A DNA stretch of 33,200 nucleotides from a virus. Its lineage: Duplodnaviria; Caudoviricetes. Each line of letters starts with the position of its first letter. Positions within the stretch are counted from its first letter, which is position 1. The notes under the pieces are model-generated. The model ran no database searches. It saw only the letters and a program-made list of their open reading frames with translations, and was not told the DNA's origin. Shown here piece after piece: positions 27,101 through 33,060 of this stretch. A program made the position numbers and the translations under genes. The DNA lies in IMG/VR virus record IMGVR_UViG_3300032232_000235, positions 1 to 33,200 of that record; one strand, given 5' to 3'.

Positions 27101-27355
27101 CTTCTGGTAGTCAACGTTGGGCGGCTCCATCTTGATGCCGCGTTCAAATATAGATTTGCCTTTAGCAACTGGGCGGGTAGGCATCTCCTCCGCTTCTTCC
27201 ATGCTGACGCCAGACGTTCCCACACTCGTAGGAACGGTCATTCTTCCTTTTACGGATTGGCGTGCTACGGCGTCACTAGGCGGTGTCCATGCTTCGCTAG
27301 ATGCGTCAGAGGATGGCTGTACTGCTACAGCATCAGAAGGTGGTGTCCAAGCCAT
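18149..27355 (-). CDS. Giant internal virion/ejection (polyvalent-type) protein with an L,D-transpeptidase domain and two zincin metallopeptidase motifs
   Basis: 3068 aa, last gene of the virion operon; Gly/Ala-rich N-terminus with EG..EE..Q...EQ; YkuD motifs IVDK, ITPAG.F, H1269 and SFGC1299IN; HEILH at 1556 with SEFWA; HEVVH at 1884 with FEFVAEA; large helical C-terminus with YFPLRRFGDF. Confidence 0.85.
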   Translation of the reverse strand: MAWTPPSDAVAVQPSSDASSEAWTPPSDAVARQSVKGRMTVPTSVGTSGVSMEEAEEMPTRPVAKGKSIFERGIKMEPPNVDYQKNLETMRQSGSPESVMFTPGRQLEAIDQQIMRGNARKDREQGIASKKAAEQAATKEFLLKRQAEQEGYGVGSFGQDVAGSVAKGVVGLGQTAAGLAQLTTGWIPSDPNINPLQIGQWGKMLDKLGYDPEKTNQFISGLQSPQMQLQQNEVAQAKGFFNTVSALAVNPLALLDTIIESLPGTVGAGAVAGKYVRYLAGKAATEATELGIKGAAAQKFITEKVKEKTVQIAAAASATEGAQTAGSIADQARAAGKDWEDYVAPAIAAGFGTAAIGIVAGKAASKLGIGDVETEIAARSAGIKGVGTGAANQSLAKVVRNELIKEGVFEEMPQSAQEQIFTNLATGRPWNEGVEEAAAQGLMAGAGMGGGHAVIARALQRTGEVVQEQTNKLAQTIVDQRPMSAEDLAKSKGFLRKEKSKETKSEDDLIADLDKYNQDQIDAEEAAPQQTEDEKLAAEEAADERAAIQSTEVFTPPEDGTPEPPDIFGEKKEAAPTQTVEEWEAKHIDLSNKVAAKEKESNPKDWTPEERAAYNSGDWKKFSRLRGYTEDEIAEFEAYLASIKEGQEKHGLSLDDIQSLELPDVQKKLEAAPPAPAKEIKAETTAPDFKQQRQQIQDELDASEERLGALEDELSEGLSTLPISKREALQDKIEAAEQEVDALKDKRKQALRDIDKAEKKHIADSSGLAPVENEQEIAEKIDDEGIYFDIEDEDDIDPSTGDLWPGYDYYAIVPSTSRYDKPSNPRLITNLEDAKKAKAAGMQVRALERQEPKTVAELEQEIAELKGQRNKLLTPTGKEPKPDSKKGREWAALTRQMDGLWGQISRLEVDIAVAERAAPEFNGMPAPVSTDLVVITPPATVQQVPALPPPDQASPDLQALYDSATAKAKKAWEVLSLADEALSNEEEPSDGSQPSPVKLKQLSDAREKAHAEWEVLEKEAENAFTALTHEPYTIEGETRIVEETVAPQLAALPAPDIDRLEKHYGLSAGSRDFILKVKEDIVRYANEGAEVIAEAIRDIIGKLHIGVLSAAIIFNPTNVSTAEFVTYPTATIAITEQVLADLPTGTEMMSDGAKQSYKVLYPAIKDKLQADDKILTIVDKPKGHTYLFKPNGTLLLRTKTLTGLAPGDFFKGNNTLPQNRITPAGFFTFGLRDALRSAGEATTAGEYDFGKVFVLDKVFSGEYSMTLMHSVWLNESDASMRAKAIASDSETDSRYSFGCINVNKPTYKFLIDNHLKQMDGSSVFIVPDNPANLASLLSGKPENRDGLERNVFTPPTKTVNRTIDSATTTPNLASAAAADRRRNMFRSIVANALPSGEVEPSLAESIAHNQRGINKLDALYKDGKITAEQYAEAMLKINESIQERADKNRSNKSKQRGFGRVITALEDAKKAGRISPETADFAIWFLIQNPALADDLAIKIALPKTKREKEANEGTAGYYTPIARIVRLVTRKAPSPFETDKETERYAATKEDTAVHEILHHTERMLPVQIRRLIRNEWSRQIRNKLKEAAKTKNVALQFYLNNVIKANTEQDMAAWALASKAIQDGDVPYEMYALFNPSEFWAVNASNLLSDRYYAGTKFQKAKQWVREFIEALKSVFGITSDDPIIQGLNAVLRGDGTFVSDDMLAEGKADQTFRQIVQKGLHPSVVEAINNNDISGALRAVAKNTSGLYSVLAARLAELNLPTTIGFNRERELVRQHIDSKSSQQQVQLFTYVRRAYPELFEKYFKNYDRPESLELVYAGLKELYKPQYNTSALNMQLALVRDEFDKAMPGLVHSGLYMPSSDAISLRTGGQFGLTNRVFLHEVVHAATEFVLRDTKGLTQRQREAVTQLYVMYNYAKGQLNIEAYGFKNVFEFVAEALTNADFQKKLRTIQYAPTQGSVYNSLLRFAMKMFGADNVAGATIIQANEIFSAFRPAGAISGSLRFAPPIKGKKGRYKQGPLTSKWRTAEDAAVRLSDALKGAMASIPTASSLASAARRAGKFKLRSLEFPFLGLRMLKEDVQQSNPYIGSAVKIITDMLAYRGRMLSRAKDTIQKWAQMQLDAPAQSRLMSRVMLEATIQGIEVDPQGPGYIDPLTAGPKDKVAPQQLVDAWNKLDPKFQNLYREVRNYYTDLLKATVREMKMRVLASGKTSAEKKDLIRKINKQFAEENFSRPYFPLRRFGDFWFQVTANGRTEFYTFENHIDRDLAYDKRYAELSNGNVTQKAAAESMRAGNAISQLYTDNKDIGGALRDVNQLIDDISDTVTTVQGGQAFTTKKSADAIKSEIKGAVDQLVYVLLPQQSMRKMFINRRAVQGASGDMLRVFSDTAVRAAYQQSRFKYVQPFLNNMSNAHDYIRAFVQGKRQTEALDYINEVEKRYKHIFSMEDKSAAARFAGGANQMMFMVNLTAPASALMNVLAFPIMAERTIGGKYGVVKANAVMAKYFGQYMRTMPKRTLAPIGKGLKAEISWPSIVEGGYLKGASARAAQKFTDDGDINVSQTSDVFDFAERPSELYSNGMFSRIMQGIAMPFHQLDRLTREVTLMSVFDLAYEQYLTADKRDERGVIQRDPNTGDPLKYTEEEAFNAAIEDARDAAAASLGEYLRQLKGRAFSGPVGALVMQFKQVSITIFRAIYRDMWLAFGAPLTTAERDEFKKFLEAQYKGAPNVTQIVDQQIKEYEAYQKEIHREAFRKVVIINVTAFLMAGAEGTPLYFLVSLLPAIARMFAPDGEDWDDFETWFFNMLMNDFSGAVSELAMQSGMGEESAEKLGIKAAHAVARGIPAAVTNWSLTERIGINPGEMLFRNARYYADAKQELQDMVISNLGAFPSYMLDNIPTAYQLAQKGHYERAYEKLFPAIVTKPAVAYRLNEEGAKRISGKTVLHKDEFDKLDIAAQAIGIRPEKLSLVDRANSAASERMLRLNTKKSQLLDRIWVEHLAGSPAENVARQEFYKFAAKHPIFIDDPEKTIEDSFDKKYEGLANAGVNLGVDIPENLLQETAPVLSGAKRLR
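27263..27352 (-). repeat. Duplicated N-terminal decapeptide AWTPPSDAVA
   Basis: Residues 2-11 and 22-31 of the giant protein are identical, with several synonymous codon differences. Confidence 0.9.
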
Positions 27356-27357
27356 GA

Positions 27358-29871
27358 TTACTGCTTAGTATAGGTTACGCCATCAGGTCCGACTAGTGAT
27401 TGTCCTTTTTTAAGTGTTGCCCATTTCTCATTAAATGCAGTGGGGGTCATTGCGCCAGTAGCTGCTGGTGCCGCTGCAGGTGCAGCGTTAGGGTTCGCTT
27501 GGTTAATTCCGGGAATATCTGGCATCGTTGTATTTCCAAGAACAAAATCTTTAGACTGGCCTATTGTTTTGGCATGTCCACCCATTGTTTCTTCGTAATG
27601 CTTTTTATACATTTGTTTGTACTGACTATCTTGATCTTTAGACCCAATAAGGTTCTTTGCCGACATTTCTTGAAGCGCTAATTTACGGGCTGTCTCTGAA
27701 GATTTAAGCGACAAATTACCAAGGATTTGCTTAGTTCCAAGATCAATTGCATTAGGACCTTTATCAGAGGTATGAACTTGTTTGGCTGTCATATCACCAG
27801 CCGTAGCTTTAATACGAGCTTGGAACTGCGCAGGTGATTCGTTCTCTTTGGGTTTTTCAGTTGCTAACAAATTAGCTAAATTATCGTCATACAAACGCTC
27901 GGGCAACTTAGGTGGTTTAGGCGCACTACCCGCCGCGCCACGAGGTTGGCGTAGAGCCGTCGTCATCTTGGCGTAATTAGCGCCCTCTGCAGACGTACGA
28001 GCACGAGCTTCTTTAACCGCATTAAGTCTTGCGCCCTCGGCGTCTTGTACATCCTTGCGGGCTTCACCAAACAGACCCATGTTTTCCTTGCGCTTAGCGT
28101 CAGCCAAGTGGAATTGCATCTGGTTAAGGTAGCGTTTCTCAGCACGATCAGATTTAGCGGCTTCTGCGAATCCAGTACCAAGGGCACCTGCTGCTGCACC
28201 GAGGCCACGCATAGCATTTCCGCCTTGAAGGATAGCTGGAATTGCTTGCAAAGCAGCAAAACCTTTGTTTTGTTCTAGGACCCTAGCACTGGTCTCTTTA
28301 TCTTCGGCTACTGATTTCTCAAACGCGCCGTATGGATCGGGGCCAGCCATTTCTTTTAGCTCATTAAAAGACCGCTTTTGTGCAGAAAGTCTACCCGCAC
28401 GGCTTAGAGGGCTGTACTGTGGGGTATTCCTTAGCCTTTCTTGTGAAGCCATAAATGCTTGTGCCATAGCATTTTGTGTAGGCGTGCCAGTAAAGCCAAC
28501 TGAACCGTCGTCTTGTGGTTCAGACAATCTTTCATCATCTTCTTCGGCGTCTTCTGGCGGCACAAAGCTAGCATTCTTACCACTAAAAGCCAAAATGCCA
28601 CCACCAGCAGCACGGACTACGCCGTCTTGAGTTTCAGGGGGTAGGCTATTAAACGCACTGCCAAGGCCACGGTCGATAGTAGCATTCTCTGATAGGCGTT
28701 TGTTTTCCGCCATTTGCTTCTGTAGGGCAATCTCAGCATCTAAGTCACCACGAGCCGCCGCCATCTGGTAGGAGGCAGGTAGTTGCTTTGCTGGTAAAAA
28801 TTTGGAAATGCTTCTGACGTTCTCTTCGCTAGTTACAGAGCCTTGGTCACCTGCATAGTATTTAATTTCTCCGCCGTCGGCGTATCCGTGGACTTCGCCA
28901 CCGCCTGCTCTGCTTAGCTGATTGATACCATACGCGCCAAGACCCAAAGCACCTGCCGTTTGAATAGCGGAAGGAGGGGCTTGATACATCTGCGTAGTAG
29001 ATTGCTGACCCAGCGGTAGCCCACGAATCATGTCGGACATAAAGCCCAACTGTTTGTATGGATAGTTTTGCTGGTTGAGGAAGTCTTGATACGAAGTATC
29101 CAAACCTTTTTGCATCTGAGCTTGTTGTTGACCACCGTACTGCGCTTGCAGTTGGTTGATGCCCATCTGCTGACCATACTGGTTTTGACCGAGTTGGCCC
29201 AAGTTAGCGGCAGACTGATTCAGCAAGCCGTAGCCAGCAAGTTGGTTCTGTAGCCCTTGGTTATATTGGTTCTGTGCGCTATTGAAAGCCGTGTTGTAGC
29301 CTTGACCAATAATGCTATTTAGACCCATATTACGGTTACGTTCATTCTCCGCAGCCATAATCGCTTCACGGGAACCGCCAAACGCACCGGCCTGTGTTGC
29401 CGCGCTCTGTTGTTTAGTAGCACCAATATCATACTGACGATTAGCCTCCGCTAATTGAGGAGCCAAAGACATTTGCAAGTAGGGGTTCATGTAACCACCG
29501 ACTTGGCTCTGGAATCCATAAGGATTAGCCTGACCTGCTACATTCATGCCGCCAAGTCCAGCCATAGTTGCGCCAGCAGTTGCTTCCCCCGTTTGCGGAG
29601 TTACAGACATACCTTGAGCGTTTTGCATAGCCTGCTGCTGCATTGGGGAAAACCCTGCAATGCGGTTTTGGTCATAAGTCTGGTACGGGTTTTGATTGAC
29701 GTCGGTTAACGCCTGACCCTTAGCCAGTATGTCTTTAGCATACGGTTTCGCCCATTCAGGCAGTTCTGTACTAGCCTTTTGTTCTGCGGCTGGTTGGTCG
29801 TTACCCCCGTCCATATAGTAAAGACGGCGACCGTCGCGGGAATATCCGTTGTGTTTATTTGGGATCAACAT
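27358..29871 (-). CDS. Internal virion / DNA ejection protein (837 aa)
   Basis: Gln/Gly/Asn-rich N-terminal half with GAFGGSR and YPY.QL motifs typical of phage DNA-transfer proteins; GG-motif linker; coiled-coil C-terminal half. Confidence 0.8.
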   Translation of the reverse strand: MLIPNKHNGYSRDGRRLYYMDGGNDQPAAEQKASTELPEWAKPYAKDILAKGQALTDVNQNPYQTYDQNRIAGFSPMQQQAMQNAQGMSVTPQTGEATAGATMAGLGGMNVAGQANPYGFQSQVGGYMNPYLQMSLAPQLAEANRQYDIGATKQQSAATQAGAFGGSREAIMAAENERNRNMGLNSIIGQGYNTAFNSAQNQYNQGLQNQLAGYGLLNQSAANLGQLGQNQYGQQMGINQLQAQYGGQQQAQMQKGLDTSYQDFLNQQNYPYKQLGFMSDMIRGLPLGQQSTTQMYQAPPSAIQTAGALGLGAYGINQLSRAGGGEVHGYADGGEIKYYAGDQGSVTSEENVRSISKFLPAKQLPASYQMAAARGDLDAEIALQKQMAENKRLSENATIDRGLGSAFNSLPPETQDGVVRAAGGGILAFSGKNASFVPPEDAEEDDERLSEPQDDGSVGFTGTPTQNAMAQAFMASQERLRNTPQYSPLSRAGRLSAQKRSFNELKEMAGPDPYGAFEKSVAEDKETSARVLEQNKGFAALQAIPAILQGGNAMRGLGAAAGALGTGFAEAAKSDRAEKRYLNQMQFHLADAKRKENMGLFGEARKDVQDAEGARLNAVKEARARTSAEGANYAKMTTALRQPRGAAGSAPKPPKLPERLYDDNLANLLATEKPKENESPAQFQARIKATAGDMTAKQVHTSDKGPNAIDLGTKQILGNLSLKSSETARKLALQEMSAKNLIGSKDQDSQYKQMYKKHYEETMGGHAKTIGQSKDFVLGNTTMPDIPGINQANPNAAPAAAPAATGAMTPTAFNEKWATLKKGQSLVGPDGVTYTKQ

Positions 29872-30313
29872 CTAAATGCTCCTTGCGGTACTCATCAAAC
29901 CGCTCGTAAAAAATTGTTTTCCACATGTCAGGCAAAACTTCTTTTGCTTTTTCTGGGCCAACACATACATGGACCGCATACGCTAAGATGTTTCCAACAG
30001 CATATCTCAAGCCGTGGGCAATCTCAATGCCATGCGGGTCTTTGTTTTTTTCAAAGGAATTAGCAGTTTCATACGCAGAAACTACAACAAGCCACATAGG
30101 TAGGATTTGTTCTTGGATACTGCGATAAAACGGATTAGCTGGCAAATAAACCAAACATGTTAAAAAAGCACGATTGATCTCATCTGCCGAAACAGGTTTA
30201 TCTTTGTCTATGAGGTCGTCCCAGATGTGCGCTAAATCAGCGAACGCATGGTAGACATTCAAAGCATCTTGATTGCCCCCAAACCATTCTAGTTTCCCAC
30301 GACTGTTTTTCAT
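29855..30313 (-). CDS. Small helical protein with a DDxxD motif; putative isoprenoid-synthase-fold / prenyltransferase-like enzyme
   Basis: HIWDDLIDKD (D32-D36) at the end of an amphipathic helix; ATGA-coupled to the upstream gene and overlapping the downstream gene by 17 nt. The CDS is secure; the function is an inference. Confidence 0.6.
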   Translation of the reverse strand: MKNSRGKLEWFGGNQDALNVYHAFADLAHIWDDLIDKDKPVSADEINRAFLTCLVYLPANPFYRSIQEQILPMWLVVVSAYETANSFEKNKDPHGIEIAHGLRYAVGNILAYAVHVCVGPEKAKEVLPDMWKTIFYERFDEYRKEHLDVDPK

Positions 30314-32361
30314 GCAGGTAGGTATTTATCCGCACGGTTGTTCTTTGCAACCTTGCCCTTACCGACTGTACGTTTCCGTGATGCCTGAACTCTGTCTAGC
30401 ATAGCGTATAGTTTGCGTGCGCCAGCCTCGGTTGAGCCATTGCCAAACTCCGACACGATACGGGCTGGAACTACAAATTCACCGTCGGCTAAACGAGCAG
30501 GTTGCTTCTTGCCTATTACGGCAGGGATCGAATCAGATACGCCATCTCCCGGCCCGCGAAGTAAACGACCGCCATCAGAATAGCCACCCAAGTTATATCG
30601 CGCATCGGAGAGTCCTCCTCCTGCCTGCTGTTGAACGTACTGCTGATCGTCTTGGTTGTACATATAGCCAAGTCCGGGGTTTGCATCTTGTTCTCTTTTT
30701 CTTGTCATGCCAAGCAAGCGCCCTATGGGTCCTACAGGCTGATCATCCGGGGCGTCTTGGACATTTAAATCGCCACCAATTCTGTAACGGGGGATACCGC
30801 CATCAGCCATTTGAATGTACTGACGAGTTTGGGGGTTGTAGGCGTAACTAGGTATGCCATTAGAACTAGGTGGTATATATGACCCCATCGGAGTCGTCAG
30901 CCCATCCCTTGCAACCCCTGCTGAAAAGTTATCTAAAGCTGCCGCCGCGCTAGCCCCAAAATCTTGAGGTGCGTTGCTTGCCCCACCCATTGATGGGCCA
31001 CCTATGTATTTTCGGGCTTGTGGGTCATATGTATAGGAGGGTCTGCTCTCTTCAGCTTCGCCACCTTCAGCCAACCGAGTACCCTGCATATTAGGTTCAC
31101 CGTTCATGGTTACACCGCTGTCGCTGGTAGGCGCAAGCATATTGGTAGACACAGGAGACTGATAAGGCGTAGCAAAAGATGACGTAGCCATGTTAGCCAT
31201 TGGGTACATAGTGTTCGCACCCATCGCGGCTTGGTTAGACATCCGCTCAACAGGCATACCACCATCAGCAAAATTGTAGAGGTCTTTAGCCTCGGTTGGG
31301 CTTATTGCTGTGTATGTAGGTTGTTTAAAGTATTTTTGCTGACGACCAAAATTGCCGCCCCCATATAGCATCTCATCGTAGGTTGGTACGTCTGGTGCAG
31401 GTGCTGGCTCGTATTTTCCGCCAGTAAAACTATATCGCTGACCCATATCTCTGTCGGGCTCAGCGGGTTTTGGAGGCCCTTTTTGCATACCCATAGCGAC
31501 GCCTGTGGCGGCAACAAGGGAAGATTTGGGGTTTGCAGCAGCATAATCGTAAGCGTTTTCAAACGAAGCGCCGCGCCCCATAGCTGATATTCTTTCCGAA
31601 GGGGTCATATCTGCAAAAGATTTTGGTATGTCAGGCCCTGCATAACTAGTCCCTTGCATTGCTGACTCGCCGGGGAATGTGGTCCCACCACCTTGAGGTG
31701 CTGCTGTTGGTATCCCTTGCGTTGTTGGTGCTTGCATACCTACATGAGCCGTTTCGCCACCTAGCATGTTTTGACCAGCGTACTGCCCAGACTCTGGGTT
31801 TATAAACGCATTCGGCCCTGTAGTCGGCGTGACGTTATACCCAAGTGCATTTACTCCGTTTGCTGCGCTCCCAGTTGTCTGCGCTAGGCTAGGTGCAACA
31901 CTTGATTGAACACCTTGGGTAGCTTGAGCGGCTCTAGCCATAGCATCGGTGTCGGCGGCAACTGCTTGCCCTGCAGACGGAGCCGCTTGTGAAACTGCAC
32001 CCGCAGTGCCAAATGAGCTAGCCAAACCTGCGCCGCCATAAGCACCAAAGCCAGCCATAATGCCTTTACTCAGACTACCAGACTGTGCAGTTCTTAAACC
32101 ACCTACGAGGAATCCTGCTGTCATTGGGTTTATAGCCCCACCAGAAACAGCCATTAAACCTGCGCCAGCTATCATAGGAAGCATGGCACTAAGGAACCCC
32201 GCTTCGGGCAGTCCAGTGTGTGGGTTAATAGTTAAAGACCCACCGTTTGCTTTTGCAATTTGTTGAAGACTTGCAATCTCACCTTTATCCATGTGGATAA
32301 GTTCGGTGTCTTTACCACGACCGTGAGCGGCTAAATGTTTGGCAGCGTGTTGTAGGCTCAT
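30310..32361 (-). CDS. Internal virion / ejection protein (683 aa)
   Basis: N-terminal GRGKDT.LIH...GE...TINP.TGLPEA domain, Gly-zipper hydrophobic segment, repeated xA[DE]GG motifs, C-terminal GPGDGVSDSIPA...LADGEFVV domain like that in tape-measure proteins; GAGG RBS. Confidence 0.8.
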   Translation of the reverse strand: MSLQHAAKHLAAHGRGKDTELIHMDKGEIASLQQIAKANGGSLTINPHTGLPEAGFLSAMLPMIAGAGLMAVSGGAINPMTAGFLVGGLRTAQSGSLSKGIMAGFGAYGGAGLASSFGTAGAVSQAAPSAGQAVAADTDAMARAAQATQGVQSSVAPSLAQTTGSAANGVNALGYNVTPTTGPNAFINPESGQYAGQNMLGGETAHVGMQAPTTQGIPTAAPQGGGTTFPGESAMQGTSYAGPDIPKSFADMTPSERISAMGRGASFENAYDYAAANPKSSLVAATGVAMGMQKGPPKPAEPDRDMGQRYSFTGGKYEPAPAPDVPTYDEMLYGGGNFGRQQKYFKQPTYTAISPTEAKDLYNFADGGMPVERMSNQAAMGANTMYPMANMATSSFATPYQSPVSTNMLAPTSDSGVTMNGEPNMQGTRLAEGGEAEESRPSYTYDPQARKYIGGPSMGGASNAPQDFGASAAAALDNFSAGVARDGLTTPMGSYIPPSSNGIPSYAYNPQTRQYIQMADGGIPRYRIGGDLNVQDAPDDQPVGPIGRLLGMTRKREQDANPGLGYMYNQDDQQYVQQQAGGGLSDARYNLGGYSDGGRLLRGPGDGVSDSIPAVIGKKQPARLADGEFVVPARIVSEFGNGSTEAGARKLYAMLDRVQASRKRTVGKGKVAKNNRADKYLPA

Positions 32362-32389
32362 TTTTGCCTCGTATATGGGGGGTTAATCG

Positions 32390-32418
32390 AGTTTATCATG
32401 TTAGGCCGTTGGGAACAA
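32390..32418 (-). promoter_or_regulatory. Candidate internal sigma70-type promoter for the ejection operon
   Basis: On the - strand: TTGTTC, 17-nt spacer, TG-n-TAAACT; lies at the only sizeable intergenic gap of the virion arm in this window. Confidence 0.45.
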
Positions 32419-33060
32419 GGACGACACAAACGACATTGTGGCTACCACAGACTGGGTAGACGGTTTGGTTGGCGTACCAGACGCAGCGAGATGTTGAATA
32501 CTCACGGCAACATTAGGCACAGACCAATAAATTTCAATGTAGTCGTTTGCCGCCATGCTTAGAAAGTAATTCCAGCCAATGATTGAATGCCCATCCGTAC
32601 CTCCGTGACTACCCGGAATAGATACAAAGCCAGTCGATCCCGGAATGTTAGTCCCGTTTTGACGCAGCCAAATATATACATCTTGGACGTTACTGTTTGT
32701 GTTTGCAAACTGTGTGCTGAACTGTAAGTTATAAATCCCTGATCTCGCTACAGTAATCTTAGATGAATCAATAGATATGTTGTTAGCAAAATCTGTTGTG
32801 TTCAGTGTCATCAACGTGGCTGTGTTAGCCGTTGTTGTTTGGTCTTGGTCACTTGAAAACGCCCCGTAAGGCAACTGCAAGAATCCCCCGCCTGTGCCAG
32901 AAGAAAGAGCCTGCGTAAAGTTATCAATGGTGTTGAAATACTGACGCAAAATGCCCGTTAAGGTATCTACGTATCTCTGGTCGTACTCAACTGGAGCCGC
33001 AGGTAGGCGCGGCGCATTGGGTGGGATTAACGCAAAGGAGCGTTCTAAAGGTAATGTCAT
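32401..33060 (-). CDS. Tail-associated protein: N-terminal adaptor/coiled coil + C1q/TNF-like beta-sandwich
   Basis: PRLPAAPVEYD N-terminus; YGAF, SGIYNLQFS.Q, IWLRQNG.NI.GS and DYIEIYW strands. Confidence 0.75.
   Translation of the reverse strand: MTLPLERSFALIPPNAPRLPAAPVEYDQRYVDTLTGILRQYFNTIDNFTQALSSGTGGGFLQLPYGAFSSDQDQTTTANTATLMTLNTTDFANNISIDSSKITVARSGIYNLQFSTQFANTNSNVQDVYIWLRQNGTNIPGSTGFVSIPGSHGGTDGHSIIGWNYFLSMAANDYIEIYWSVPNVAVSIQHLAASGTPTKPSTQSVVATMSFVSSLFPTA

Noticed and set aside
30044-30050. A-AAA-AAC slippery heptamer in the DDxxD gene as a programmed fusion to the downstream ejection protein
   Set aside because: The downstream gene is in the +1 frame, so a -1 shift would not fuse them; no stimulatory structure noticed.
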